Positions 1-12,271 of a stretch of DNA of 29,129 bases are shown here, piece after piece. Origin of the DNA: a virus. Taxonomy: Duplodnaviria; Heunggongvirae; Uroviricota; Caudoviricetes. Within the stretch, counting starts at the first letter, position 1; every line of letters starts with the position of its first letter. The notes under the pieces were generated by a model. That model made no database searches and was not told the origin of the DNA. It saw nothing but the letters and a program-made list of their open reading frames with translations. The DNA lies in IMG/VR virus record IMGVR_UViG_2728369553_000010, one strand, 5' to 3'. Made by a program: the position numbers and the translations under genes.

Positions 1-213
1 ATGTCTAACAAAATGACTGGTTTAGTAAAATGGTTTAACCCTGAAAAAGGTTTTGGTTTCATCACGCCGAAAGATGGCAGCAAAGATGTGTTTGTCCATT
101 TCTCAGCAATTCAGAGCAACGATTTCAAAACATTAACTGAGAATCAGGAAGTTGAATTTGGTATTGAGAACGGACCTAAAGGTCCTGCCGCTGTTCATGT
201 AGTGGCGCTTTGA
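1..213 (+). CDS. cspI: CspA-family cold-shock protein (70 aa); window begins exactly at its ATG so promoter and 5' leader are outside the window
   Basis: Translation [42 protein letters not shown]... carries the RNP1/RNP2 cold-shock-domain motifs (KGFGFI, VFVHF); the paralog assignment rests on remembered sequence and on synteny with gnsB/ydfO/Nu1-homolog as in the Qin prophage. Confidence 0.8.
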   Translation: MSNKMTGLVKWFNPEKGFGFITPKDGSKDVFVHFSAIQSNDFKTLTENQEVEFGIENGPKGPAAVHVVAL

Positions 214-442
214 GGTAGACAATATTACAAACCATATTCACTTTAGATGCCCGTGTTGTCATGGTTCCCAGTATAGAACATCATCTTTTGATGTTTCTGA
301 CATGAATCCTTTCGGGGCAAAATGTATCTTTTGTAAATCAATGATGATTACATTTGATAATATTTCACAATACTTAAATGCCAGCCGTCTGTCGTTGGAT
401 TTAAAAAAGTGAAAATGAAGGCTCCTTCGGGAGCTTTTTGGC

Positions 443-715
443 TTGGTGTCTATTCGATGGATACTCACATACTACGGTAACATCATGAAAAAAATCATAG
501 TTTTTTTTAACTCTGAACCAGCAGTGGTAGTGCCAGCGATGACTGGAGTTAACACCATCATGCGTGAATATCCAAATGGCGAAAAAACACACCTTACTGT
601 AATGGCCGCAGGGTTTCCATCTCTGACCGGAGATCATAAAGTCATTTATGTAGCCGCGGATCGACATGTTACTTCAGAAGAAATTCTGGAAGCAGCAATA
701 AGGCTCTTGAGTTGA
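443..715 (+). CDS. hypothetical protein (90 aa; alternative start at ATG 485, MKKIIVFF...)
   Basis: Open frame only; no recognisable motif and no strong Shine-Dalgarno. Position between the csp gene and the gnsB-like gene suggests a small moron gene, but this is weak. Confidence 0.3.
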   Translation: MVSIRWILTYYGNIMKKIIVFFNSEPAVVVPAMTGVNTIMREYPNGEKTHLTVMAAGFPSLTGDHKVIYVAADRHVTSEEILEAAIRLLS

Positions 716-883
716 TTTGATGCTATTGCATTGATAATTCAGGAAAATTCTCTTTGTCTGTTTGTGTAAAATTTAGACTATCGTATGTTGATTATTGCGA
801 TGTTTCATCTTATCTTTTACACGTTTGCACCATATAATCGACTTACTGTGTAACTGGAAAGTCATAACAGACTAAAAGAGGAA

Positions 884-1060
884 ATGATGAATATTGAAAA
901 CTTAAAAACAAAAGCAGAAGCAGATATTTCTGAATATATAACAAAAAAAATTATTGAACTTAAGAAAAAGACCGGGAAAGAAGTTACCAGTATTCAGTTT
1001 ACCGCACGGGAAAAAATGACGGGTCTTGAAAGCTATGATGTCAAGATTAATTTAATCTGA
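884..1060 (+). CDS. gnsB: GnsA/GnsB-family small protein (58 aa); not in the supplied ORF track (below its length cutoff)
   Basis: Manual translation MMNIENLKTKAEADISEYITKKIIELKKKTGKEVTSIQFTAREKMTGLESYDVKINLI; preceded by AAGAGG Shine-Dalgarno at about 874-879; closely resembles the GnsA/GnsB sequence as I remember it (...TAREKMTGLESYDVKI...). Confidence 0.7.
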   Translation: MMNIENLKTKAEADISEYITKKIIELKKKTGKEVTSIQFTAREKMTGLESYDVKINLI

Positions 1061-1174
1061 TGTATTCAATAATAAAATTTATCCATAAACCTCGTTTTTA
1101 CGGGGTTTTGTTATATTTGAATGGTTCCGAATATCTAAATCACAATTGTTGATGGTTTTTATTAAACCAATGCA

Positions 1175-1203
1175 GTCCGGCTCAGGAGTGAGAGAAGCCG
1201 GAC
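1175..1203. terminator. candidate bidirectional hairpin between convergent gnsB-like and ydfO-like genes
   Basis: GTCCGGCT (1175-1182) pairs perfectly with AGCCGGAC (1196-1203), 13-nt loop; flanking U-tracts are weak on both strands. Confidence 0.25.
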
Positions 1204-1211
1204 GTTATGGT

Positions 1212-1637
1212 TTAGCGTGGTAAGATCTGTGTAGTTTTCTGGATGCTTTCAGTAAATAGTAATGAATTATCAAAGGTATAGTAATATCTTTTTTGTTCGT
1301 GGATATTTGTAACCCACCGAAAAACTCCTGCTTTAGCAAGGTTTCTTCTGTATTCCTGAAATGTGATCTCTCTGGATTTCAGCTTATTAGAGGTCGTTTC
1401 TATAAGATGCCTATCCTTTGAAAATTTGACAGACACAATGTTTTTTAGGCCCTTTAATAACACTGTATTATCATTTTTTAATACAATATGAACATTCTCT
1501 GTGGCTAAATAGTAAATGTAATGTGAGACATTGTGACGTTTTAGCTCAGAATAAAACCATTGATAGTTTAAATCGTTTCGAACTTTATCAAATATTTGTT
1601 TAAAAATGACTACCTGATCCATAGATAAACCTTCCAT
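1212..1637 (-). CDS. ydfO: DUF1398-family protein, YdfO-like (141 aa)
   Basis: Intact ORF on minus strand; symbol assigned by synteny (between gnsB-like gene and the Nu1 gene, as ydfO lies in the Qin prophage) and remembered family membership, not by verified alignment. Confidence 0.5.
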
Positions 1638-1679
1638 GTGATATGAGGGGGCGTAGTCTGCACGATTATCTAAATTGCT

Positions 1680-1913
1680 TCAATCTGGTCTGACCTGTTT
1701 TCTGAGCAATTCAGTAATGTCACTCTTTTCTTTGTTTGCTTCAGAAGAAACTCTTTTTTCTGAGCACAGTCTCCGGCGGCAGGCTTCAATGACCCAGGCT
1801 GAGAAATTCCCGGACCCTTTTTGCTCAAGAGCGATGTTAATTTGTTCAATCATTTGGTTAGGAAAGCGGATGTTGCGGGTTGTTGTTCTGCGGGTTCTGT
1901 TCTTCGTTGACAT
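1680..1913 (-). CDS. ynfO: small ribbon-helix-helix-like protein, YlcI/YnfO family (77 aa)
   Basis: Translation MSTKNRTRRTTTRNIRFPNQMIEQINIALEQKG...: basic N-terminus followed by a beta-strand/helix pattern typical of RHH DNA-binding proteins; sits immediately upstream of cos/Nu1, where YlcI/YnfO homologs lie in DLP12/Qin-type prophages. Confidence 0.5.
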   Translation of the reverse strand: MSTKNRTRRTTTRNIRFPNQMIEQINIALEQKGSGNFSAWVIEACRRRLCSEKRVSSEANKEKSDITELLRKQVRPD

Positions 1914-2039
1914 GAGGTTGTCCCGTATTCAGTGTCGCTGATTTGTATTGTCTGAAGTTGTTTTTACGTTAAGTTGATGCAGATCAATTAATACGATATC
2001 TGCGTCATAATTGATTATTTGACGTGGTTTGATGGCGTA

Positions 2040-2300
2040 GATGCACGTTGTGACATGCAGATGATAATTATTATCATTTTGCGGGTCCTTTCCGGCGATC
2101 CGACAGGTTACGGGGCGGCGACCTCGCGGGTTTTCGCTATTTATGAAAATTTTCCGGTTTAAGGCGTTTCCGTTCTTCTTCGTTGTAACTTAATGTTTTT
2201 ATTTAAAATACCCCCTGAAAAGAAAGGAAACGACAGGTGCTGAAAACGAGCTTTTGGGCCTCTGTCGTTTCCTTTCTCTGTTTTTGGCCGTGGAATGAAC
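2040..2300 (+). other. cos packaging site (cosQ-cosN-cosB); cosN cohesive-end 12-mer at 2113..2124
   Basis: Sequence ...GATCCGACAGGTTACG|GGGCGGCGACCTCGCGGGTTTTCGCTATTTATGAAAATTTTCCGGTTTAAGGCGTTTCCGTTCTTCTTCGT... matches the lambda right-end/left-end junction as I remember it; Nu1 starts about 180 bp downstream, as in lambda. Confidence 0.9.
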
Positions 2301-2301
2301 A

Positions 2302-2821
2302 ATGGAAGTCAACAAAAAGCAGCTGGCTGACATTTTCGGTGCGAGTATCCGTACCATTCAGAACTGGCAGGAACAGGGAATGCCCGTTCTGCGAGGCGGT
2401 GGCAAGGGTAATGAGGTGCTTTATGACTCTGCCGCCGTTATAAGATGGTATGCCGAAAGGGATGCTGAAATTGAGAACGAAAAGCTGCGCCGGGAAGTTG
2501 AAGAACTGCGGCAGGCCAGCGAGGCAGATCTCCAGCCAGGGACTATTGAGTACGAACGCCATCGACTTACGCGTGCGCAGGCCGACGCACAGGAACTGAA
2601 GAATGCCAGAGACTCCGCTGAAGTGGTGGAAACCGCATTCTGTACTTTCGTGCTGTCGCGGATCGCAGGTGAAATTGCCAGTATTCTCGACGGGATCCCC
2701 CTGTCGGTGCAGCGGCGTTTTCCGGAACTGGAAAACCGACATGTTGATTTCCTGAAACGGGATATCATCAAAGCCATGAACAAAGCAGCCGCGCTGGATG
2801 AACTGATACCGGGGTTGCTGA

Positions 2822-2847
<26 letters not shown>
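2302..2847 (+). CDS. nu1: terminase small subunit Nu1 (181 aa)
   Basis: MEVNKKQLADIFGASIRTIQNWQEQGMPVLRGGGKGNEVLYDSAAVIRWY... is essentially lambda Nu1; same length; winged-HTH N-terminus. Confidence 0.97.
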
Positions 2848-6528
<3,681 letters not shown>

Positions 6529-6548
<20 letters not shown>

Positions 6549-7878
6549 TCTCCCGCATATTGCCAGCATGGCCTTTAATGAGCCGCTGATGCTTGAACCC
6601 GCCTATGCGCAGGTTTTCTTTTGTGCGCTTGCAGGCCAGCTTGGGATCAGCCGCCTGACGGATGCGGTGTCCGGCGACAGCCTGACTGCCCAGGAGGCAC
6701 CCGCGACGCTGGCATTATCCGGTGATGATGACGGACCACGACAGGCCCGCAGTTATCAGGTCATGAACGGCATCGCCGTGCTGCCGGTGTCCGGCACGCT
6801 GGTCAGCCGGACGCGGGCGCTGCAGCCGTACTCGGGGATGACCGGTTACAACGGCATTATCGCCCGTCTGCAACAGGCTGCCAGCGACCCGATGGTGGAC
6901 GGCATTCTGCTCGATATGGACACACCGGGCGGAATGGTGGCGGGAGCATTTGACTGCGCTGACATCATCGCCCGTGTGCGTGACATAAAGCCGGTATGGG
7001 CGCTGGCCAACGACATGAACTGCAGTGCAGGTCAGCTGCTTGCCAGTGCCGCCTCCCGACGTCTGGTCACGCAGACCGCACGGACAGGCTCCATCGGCGT
7101 CATGATGGCTCACAGTAATTACGGCGCTGCGCTGGAGAAACAGGGCGTGGAAATCACGCTGATTTACAGCGGCAGCCATAAGGTGGATGGCAACCCCTAC
7201 AGCCATCTTCCGGATGACGTCCGGGAGACACTGCAGTCCCGGATGGATGCAACCCGCCGGATGTTTGCGCAGAAGGTGTCGGCATATACCGGCCTGTCCG
7301 TGCAGGCTGTGCTGGATACCGAGGCTGCAGTGTACAGCGGTCAGGAGGCCATTGATGCCGGACTGGCTGATGAACTTGTCAACAGCACCGATGCGATCAC
7401 CGTTATGCGTGATGCACTGGATGCACGTAAATCCCGTCTCTCAGGAGGGCGAATGACCAAAGAGACTCAATCAACAACTGTTTCAGCCACTGCTTCGCAG
7501 GCTGACGTTACTGACGTGGTGCCAGCGACGGAGGGCGAAAACGCCAGCGCGGCGCAGCCGGACGTGAACGCGCAGATCACCGCTGCGGTTGCGGCAGAAA
7601 ACAGCCGCATTATGGGGATCCTCAACTGTGAGGAGGCTCACGGACGCGAAGAACAGGCCCGCGTGCTGGCAGAAACCCCCGGTATGACCGTGGAAACGGC
7701 CCGCCGCATTCTGGCCGCAGCACCACAGAGTGCACAGGCGCGCAGTGACACNNNNNNNNNNNNNNNNNNNNNNNNNNNNNNNNNNNNNNNNNNNNNNNNN
7801 NNNNNNNNNNNNNNNNCGCTGGCTGCAGGTAACCCGGCATCTGATGCCGTTAACGATTTGCTGAACACACCAGTGTAA
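6529..7878 (+). CDS. C: head maturation protease / scaffold C (GTG start 6529, 20-nt overlap with B); interrupted by a 65-nt N run (7752..7816) that keeps the frame
   Basis: VTAELRNLPHIASMAFNEPLMLEPAYAQVFFCALAGQLGIS... matches lambda C; the track's upstream Met at 6394 is inside B and is not the real start. C-terminal ...LAAGNPASDAVNDLLNTPV resumes in frame after the N run. Confidence 0.9.
7243..7878 (+). CDS. nu3: scaffolding protein Nu3, internal in-frame start within C
   Basis: ATG at 7243 lies 714 nt after the C start, the same offset as Nu3 in lambda as I remember it; reads MDATRRMFAQKVSAYTGLS...; shares the C stop codon. Confidence 0.8.
   Translation: MDATRRMFAQKVSAYTGLSVQAVLDTEAAVYSGQEAIDAGLADELVNSTDAITVMRDALDARKSRLSGGRMTKETQSTTVSATASQADVTDVVPATEGENASAAQPDVNAQITAAVAAENSRIMGILNCEEAHGREEQARVLAETPGMTVETARRILAAAPQSAQARSDXXXXXXXXXXXXXXXXXXXXXXXLAAGNPASDAVNDLLNTPV
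7752..7816. other. run of 65 ambiguous bases (N) - sequence gap or masked segment
   Basis: Directly visible; lies in the C/Nu3 C-terminal coding region. Confidence 1.
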
Positions 7879-7887
7879 GGGATGTTT

Positions 7888-8220
7888 ATGACGAGCAAAG
7901 AAACCTTTACCCATTACCAGCCGCTGGGCAACAGTGACCCGGCTCATACCGCAACCGCGCCCGGCGGATTGAGTGCGAAAGCGCCTGCAATGACCCCGCT
8001 GATGCTGGACACCTCCACCCGTAAGCTGGTTGCGTGGGATGGCACCACCGACGGTGCTGCCGTTGGCATTCTGGCGGTTGCTGCTGACCAGACCAGCACC
8101 ACACTGATGTTCTACAAGTCCGGCACGTTCCGTTATGAGGATGTGCTCTGGCCGGAGGCTGCCAGCGACGAGACGAAAAAACGGACCGCGTTTGCCGGAA
8201 CGGCAATCAGCATCGTTTAA
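7888..8220 (+). CDS. D: head decoration protein D (110 aa)
   Basis: [110 protein letters not shown] matches lambda gpD; the track start at 7882 adds two residues and is less likely. Confidence 0.95.
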   Translation: MTSKETFTHYQPLGNSDPAHTATAPGGLSAKAPAMTPLMLDTSTRKLVAWDGTTDGAAVGILAVAADQTSTTLMFYKSGTFRYEDVLWPEAASDETKKRTAFAGTAISIV

Positions 8221-8240
8221 CCTTACCCTTCATCACTAAA

Positions 8241-8262
8241 GGCCGCCTGTGCGGCTTTTTTT
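8241..8262 (+). terminator. terminator-like hairpin plus T7 tract between D and E
   Basis: GCCGC(8242-8246)-CTGT-GCGGC(8251-8255) followed by TTTTTTT (8256-8262). Confidence 0.45.
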
Positions 8263-8275
8263 ATGGGATTTTTTT

Positions 8276-9301
8276 ATGTCGATGTACACAACCGCCCAGC
8301 TGCTGGCGGCAAATGAGAAGAAATTTAAGTTTGATCCGCTGTTTCTGCGTCTCTTTTTCCGTGAGAGCTATCCCTTCACCACGGAGAAAGTCTATCTCTC
8401 ACAAATTCCGGGACTGGTAAACATGGCGCTGTACGTTTCGCCGATTGTTTCCGGTGAGGTTATCCGCTCCCGTGGCGGCTCCACCTCTGAATTTACACCG
8501 GGATATGTCAAGCCGAAGCATGAGGTGAATCCGCAGATGACCCTGCGTCGCCTGCCGGATGAAGATCCGCAGAATCTGGCGGACCCGGCTTACCGCCGCC
8601 GTCGCATCATCATGCAGAACATGCGAGACGAAGAGCTGGCCATTGCTCAGGTCGAAGAGATGCAGGCAGTTTCTGCTGTGCTTAAGGGCAAATACACCAT
8701 GACCGGTGAAGCCTTCGATCCGGTTGAGGTGGATATGGGCCGCAGTGCGGCGAACAACATCACACAGTCCGGTGGTACGGAGTGGAGCAAGCGTGACAAG
8801 TCCACGTATGACCCGACCGACGATATCGAAGCCTATGCGCTGAACGCCAGCGGAGTGGTGAATATCATCGTGTTTGATCCGAAAGGCTGGGCGCTGTTCC
8901 GTTCCTTCAAAGCCGTCAGGGAGAAGCTGGATACCCGTCGCGGCTCTAATTCCGAGCTGGAGACAGCGGTAAAAGACCTGGGCGAAGCGGTGTCCTATAA
9001 GGGGATGTATGGCGATACGGCGATCGTCGTGTATTCCGGACAGTACGTGGAAAACGACGTCAAAAAGAACTTCCTTCCGGACAACACGATGGTGCTGGGG
9101 AACACTCAGGCACGCGGTCTGCGCACCTATGGCTGCATTCAGGATGCGGACGCACAGCGCGAAGGTATTAACGCCTCTGCCCGCTACCCGAAAAACTGGG
9201 TGACCACCGGCGATCCGGCGCGTGAGTTCACCATGATTCAGTCAGCACCGCTGATGCTGCTGGCTGACCCTGATGCGTTCGTGTCCGTACAACTGGCGTA
9301 A
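8276..9301 (+). CDS. E: major capsid protein E (341 aa)
   Basis: MSMYTTAQLLAANEKKFKFDPLFLRLFFRESYPFTTEKVYLSQIPGLVNMALYVSPIVSGEVIR... matches lambda gpE; the track's upstream start at 8249 is not the lambda start. Confidence 0.95.
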   Translation: MSMYTTAQLLAANEKKFKFDPLFLRLFFRESYPFTTEKVYLSQIPGLVNMALYVSPIVSGEVIRSRGGSTSEFTPGYVKPKHEVNPQMTLRRLPDEDPQNLADPAYRRRRIIMQNMRDEELAIAQVEEMQAVSAVLKGKYTMTGEAFDPVEVDMGRSAANNITQSGGTEWSKRDKSTYDPTDDIEAYALNASGVVNIIVFDPKGWALFRSFKAVREKLDTRRGSNSELETAVKDLGEAVSYKGMYGDTAIVVYSGQYVENDVKKNFLPDNTMVLGNTQARGLRTYGCIQDADAQREGINASARYPKNWVTTGDPAREFTMIQSAPLMLLADPDAFVSVQLA

Positions 9302-9303
9302 TC

Positions 9304-9330
9304 ATGGCCCTTCGGGGCCATTTTCTCTCT
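9304..9330 (+). terminator. perfect 7-bp stem hairpin (ATGGCCC-TTCG-GGGCCAT) followed by a T/C-rich tract between E and FI
   Basis: Directly visible; the ATG the ORF track used as an FI start (9304) is buried in the stem, which argues for 9343 as the true FI start. Confidence 0.4.
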
Positions 9331-9342
9331 GTGGAGGAGTCC

Positions 9343-9738
9343 ATGACGAAAGATGAACTGATTGCCCGTCTTCAGGTGCTGGGTGAGCAACTGAACCGTG
9401 ATGTCAGCCTGACGGGGACGAAAGAAGAACTGGTGCTCCGTGTGGCAGAGCTGGAAGAGGAGATTGATGACACGGATGACGCTGCCGGTCAGGACACATC
9501 TGTCAGCCCGGAAAATGCGCTGACCGGACATGAAAATGAGGTGGTATCAGCGCAGCCGGATACCGTGACTGATACGGCTGATCTGGTCACGGTTGTGGCA
9601 CTGGTGACGCTGCATACTGATGCACTTCACGCCACGCGGGATGAGGCTGTGGCATTTGTGCTGCCGGGAACGGCGTTCCGTGTCTCTGCCGGTGTGTCAG
9701 CTGAAATGACAGAGCGCGGCCTGGCCAGAATGCAATAA
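9343..9738 (+). CDS. FI: DNA-packaging / head assembly protein FI (131 aa)
   Basis: MTKDELIARLQVLGEQLNRDVSLTGTKEELVLRVAELEEEIDDTDDAAGQ... matches lambda FI; GGAGGAG Shine-Dalgarno just upstream. Confidence 0.9.
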   Translation: MTKDELIARLQVLGEQLNRDVSLTGTKEELVLRVAELEEEIDDTDDAAGQDTSVSPENALTGHENEVVSAQPDTVTDTADLVTVVALVTLHTDALHATRDEAVAFVLPGTAFRVSAGVSAEMTERGLARMQ

Positions 9739-9749
9739 CGGGAGGCGCT

Positions 9750-10103
9750 GTGGCTGATTTCGATAACCTGTTCGATGCTGCCATTGCCCGCGCCGATGAA
9801 ACGATACGCGGGTACATGGGAACGTCAGCCACCATGACATCCGGTGAGCAGTCCGGTGCTGTGATACGTGGTGTTTTTGATGACCCTGAAAATATCAGCT
9901 ATGCCGGACAGGGCGTGCGCGTTGAAGGCTCCAGCCCGTCCCTGTTTGTCCGGACTGATGATGTGCGGCAGCTGCGGCGCGGCGACACGCTGACCATCGG
10001 TGAGGAAAACTTCTGGATAGACCGGATTTCGCCGGATGATGGCGGAAGCTGTCATCTCTGGCTTGGGCGGGGCGTACCGCCTGCCGTTAACCGTCGCCGC
10101 TGA
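9750..10103 (+). CDS. FII: head-tail connector protein FII (117 aa; GTG start)
   Basis: MADFDNLFDAAIARADETIRGYMGTSATMTSGEQSGAVIRGVFDDPENISYAGQG... matches lambda FII; GGGAGG Shine-Dalgarno upstream. Confidence 0.9.
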   Translation: MADFDNLFDAAIARADETIRGYMGTSATMTSGEQSGAVIRGVFDDPENISYAGQGVRVEGSSPSLFVRTDDVRQLRRGDTLTIGEENFWIDRISPDDGGSCHLWLGRGVPPAVNRRR

Positions 10104-10114
10104 AAGGGGGATGT

Positions 10115-10693
10115 ATGGCCATAAAAGGTCTTGAGCAGGCCGTTGAAAACCTCAGCCGTATCAGAAGAACGGCGGTGCCCGGTGCCGCCGCAATGGCCAT
10201 TAACCGCGTTGCTTCATCCGCGATATCGCAGTCGGCGTCACAGGTTGCCCGTGAGACAAAGGTACGCCGGAAACTGGTAAAGGAAAGGGCCAGGCTGAAA
10301 AGGGCCACGGTCAAAAATCCGCAGGCCAGAATCAGGGTTAACCGGGGGGATTTGCCCGTAATAAAGCTGGGTAACGCGCGGATTGTCCTGTCCCGACGCA
10401 GGCGTCGTAAAAAGGGGCAGCGTTCAGCCCTGAAAGGTGGCGGCAGCGTGCTTGTGGTGGGAAACCGTCGTATTCCCGGCGCGTTTATTCAGCAACTGAA
10501 AAATGGCCGCTGGCATGTCATGCAGCGTGTGGCCGGGAAAAATCGTTACCCCATTGATGTGGTGAAAATCCCGATGGCGGTGCCGCTGACCACGGCGTTT
10601 AAACAGAATATTGAGCGGATACGGCGTGAGCGTCTTCCGAAAGAGCTGGGCTATGCGCTGCAGCATCAACTGAGGATGGTAATAAAGCGATGA
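10115..10693 (+). CDS. Z: tail completion protein Z (192 aa)
   Basis: MAIKGLEQAVENLSRIRRTAVPGAAAMAINRVASSAISQSASQVARETKVRRKLVKERARLKRATVKNPQARIRVNRGDLPVIKLGNARIVLSRRRRRKKGQRSALKGGG... matches lambda Z. Confidence 0.95.
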   Translation: MAIKGLEQAVENLSRIRRTAVPGAAAMAINRVASSAISQSASQVARETKVRRKLVKERARLKRATVKNPQARIRVNRGDLPVIKLGNARIVLSRRRRRKKGQRSALKGGGSVLVVGNRRIPGAFIQQLKNGRWHVMQRVAGKNRYPIDVVKIPMAVPLTTAFKQNIERIRRERLPKELGYALQHQLRMVIKR

Positions 10694-11085
10694 AACATAC
10701 TGAACTCCGAGCAGCCGTACTGGATGCACTGGAGAAGCATGACACCGGGGCGACGCTTTTTGATGGTCGCCCCGCTGTTTTTGATGAGGAAGATTTTCCG
10801 GCAATTGCCGTTTATCTCACCGGCGCTGAATACACGGGCGAAGAGCTGGACAGCGATACCTGGCAGGCGGAGCTGCATATTGAAGTTTTCCTGCCTGCTC
10901 AGGTGCCGGATTCAGAGCTGGATGCGTGGATGGAGTCCCGGATTTATCCGGTGATGAGTGATATCCCGGCACTGTCAGATTTGATCACCAGTATGGTGAC
11001 CAGCGGCTATGACTATCGGCGCGACGATGATGCGGGCCTGTGGAGTTCAGCCGATCTGACTTATGTCATTACCTATGAAATGTGA
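10690..11085 (+). CDS. U: tail terminator protein U (131 aa)
   Basis: [71 protein letters not shown]... matches lambda U; ATGA overlap with Z. Confidence 0.95.
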   Translation: MKHTELRAAVLDALEKHDTGATLFDGRPAVFDEEDFPAIAVYLTGAEYTGEELDSDTWQAELHIEVFLPAQVPDSELDAWMESRIYPVMSDIPALSDLITSMVTSGYDYRRDDDAGLWSSADLTYVITYEM

Positions 11086-11092
11086 GGACGCT

Positions 11093-11833
11093 ATGCCTGT
11101 ACCAAATCCTGTAATGCCGGTGAAAGGGGCCGGGACCACCCTGTGGGTTTATAAGGGGAGTGGTGACCCTTATGCGAATCCGCTTTCAGACGTTGACTGG
11201 TCGCGTCTGGCAAAAGTTAAAGACCTGACGCCCGGCGAACTGACCGCTGAGTCTTATGACGACAGCTATCTCGATGATGAAGATGCAGACTGGACTGCGA
11301 CCGGGCAGGGGCAGAAATCTGCCGGAGATACCAGCTTCACGCTGGCGTGGATGCCCGGAGAGCAGGGGCAGCAGGCGCTGCTGGCGTGGTTTAATGAAGG
11401 CGATACCCGTGCCTATAAAATCCGCTTCCCGAACGGCACGGTCGATGTGTTCCGTGGCTGGGTCAGCAGTATCGGTAAGGCGGTGACGGCGAAGGAAGTG
11501 ATTACCCGCACGGTGAAGGTCACCAATGTGGGACGTCCGTCGATGGCAGAAGATCGCAGCACGGTGACGGCGACAACCGGCATGACGGTGACACCCGCCA
11601 GTGCTTCCGTAGTGAAAGGGCAGAGCACCACGCTGACCGTGGCATTCCAGCCGGATGGCGCAACCGACAAGAGCTTCCGTGCGGTGTCTGCGGATAAAAC
11701 AAAAGCCACCGTGTCGGTCAGTGGTATGACCATCACCGTGAAAGGTGTTGCTGCAGGCAAGGTCAACATTCCGGTCGTATCCGGTAATGGTGAGTTTGCT
11801 GCGGTTGCAGAAATCAACGTCACCGCCAGTTAA
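11093..11833 (+). CDS. V: major tail tube protein V (246 aa) with C-terminal Ig-like domain
   Basis: [126 protein letters not shown]... matches lambda V; GAGGA Shine-Dalgarno; the track start at 11063 overlaps U and is not used. Confidence 0.95.
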   Translation: MPVPNPVMPVKGAGTTLWVYKGSGDPYANPLSDVDWSRLAKVKDLTPGELTAESYDDSYLDDEDADWTATGQGQKSAGDTSFTLAWMPGEQGQQALLAWFNEGDTRAYKIRFPNGTVDVFRGWVSSIGKAVTAKEVITRTVKVTNVGRPSMAEDRSTVTATTGMTVTPASASVVKGQSTTLTVAFQPDGATDKSFRAVSADKTKATVSVSGMTITVKGVAAGKVNIPVVSGNGEFAAVAEINVTAS

Positions 11834-11848
11834 TCCGGAGAGTCAGCG

Positions 11849-12271
11849 ATGTTCCTGAAAACCGAATCATTTGAACATAACGGTGTGACCGTCACGCTTT
11901 CTGAACTGTCAGCCCTGCAGCGTATTGAGCATCTCGCCCTGATGAAACGGCAGGCAGAACAGGCGGAGTCAGACAGCAACCGGAAGTTTACTGTGGAAGA
12001 CGCCATCAGAACCGGCGCGTTTCTGGTGGCGATGTCCCTGTGGCATAACCATCCGAAGAAGACAAAGCTGCCTTCCATGAATGAAGCCGTTAAACAGATT
12101 GAGCAGGAAGTGCTTACCACCTGGCCCACAGAGGCAATTTCTCATGCTGAAAACGTGGTGTACCGGCTGTCCGGTATGTATGAGTTTGTGGTGAATGATG
12201 CTCCTGAACAGGCAGAGGACGCCGGGCCTGCAGAGCCTGTTTCTGCGGGAAAGTGTTCGACGGTGAGCTGA
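11849..12271 (+). CDS. G: tail assembly chaperone G (140 aa)
   Basis: MFLKTESFEHNGVTVTLSELSALQRIEHLALMKRQAEQAESDSNRKFTVEDAIRTGAFLVAMSLWHNHPKKTKLPSMNEAVKQIEQEVLTTWPTEAISHAENVVYRLSGMYEFVVNDAPEQAEDAGPAEPVSAGKCSTVS matches lambda G. Confidence 0.95.
   Translation: MFLKTESFEHNGVTVTLSELSALQRIEHLALMKRQAEQAESDSNRKFTVEDAIRTGAFLVAMSLWHNHPKKTKLPSMNEAVKQIEQEVLTTWPTEAISHAENVVYRLSGMYEFVVNDAPEQAEDAGPAEPVSAGKCSTVS

Noticed and set aside
259-667. Minus-strand ORFs 259..468 and 401..667
   Set aside because: Trp/Cys/His-rich translations without motif or start context; they overlap each other and the plus-strand candidates.
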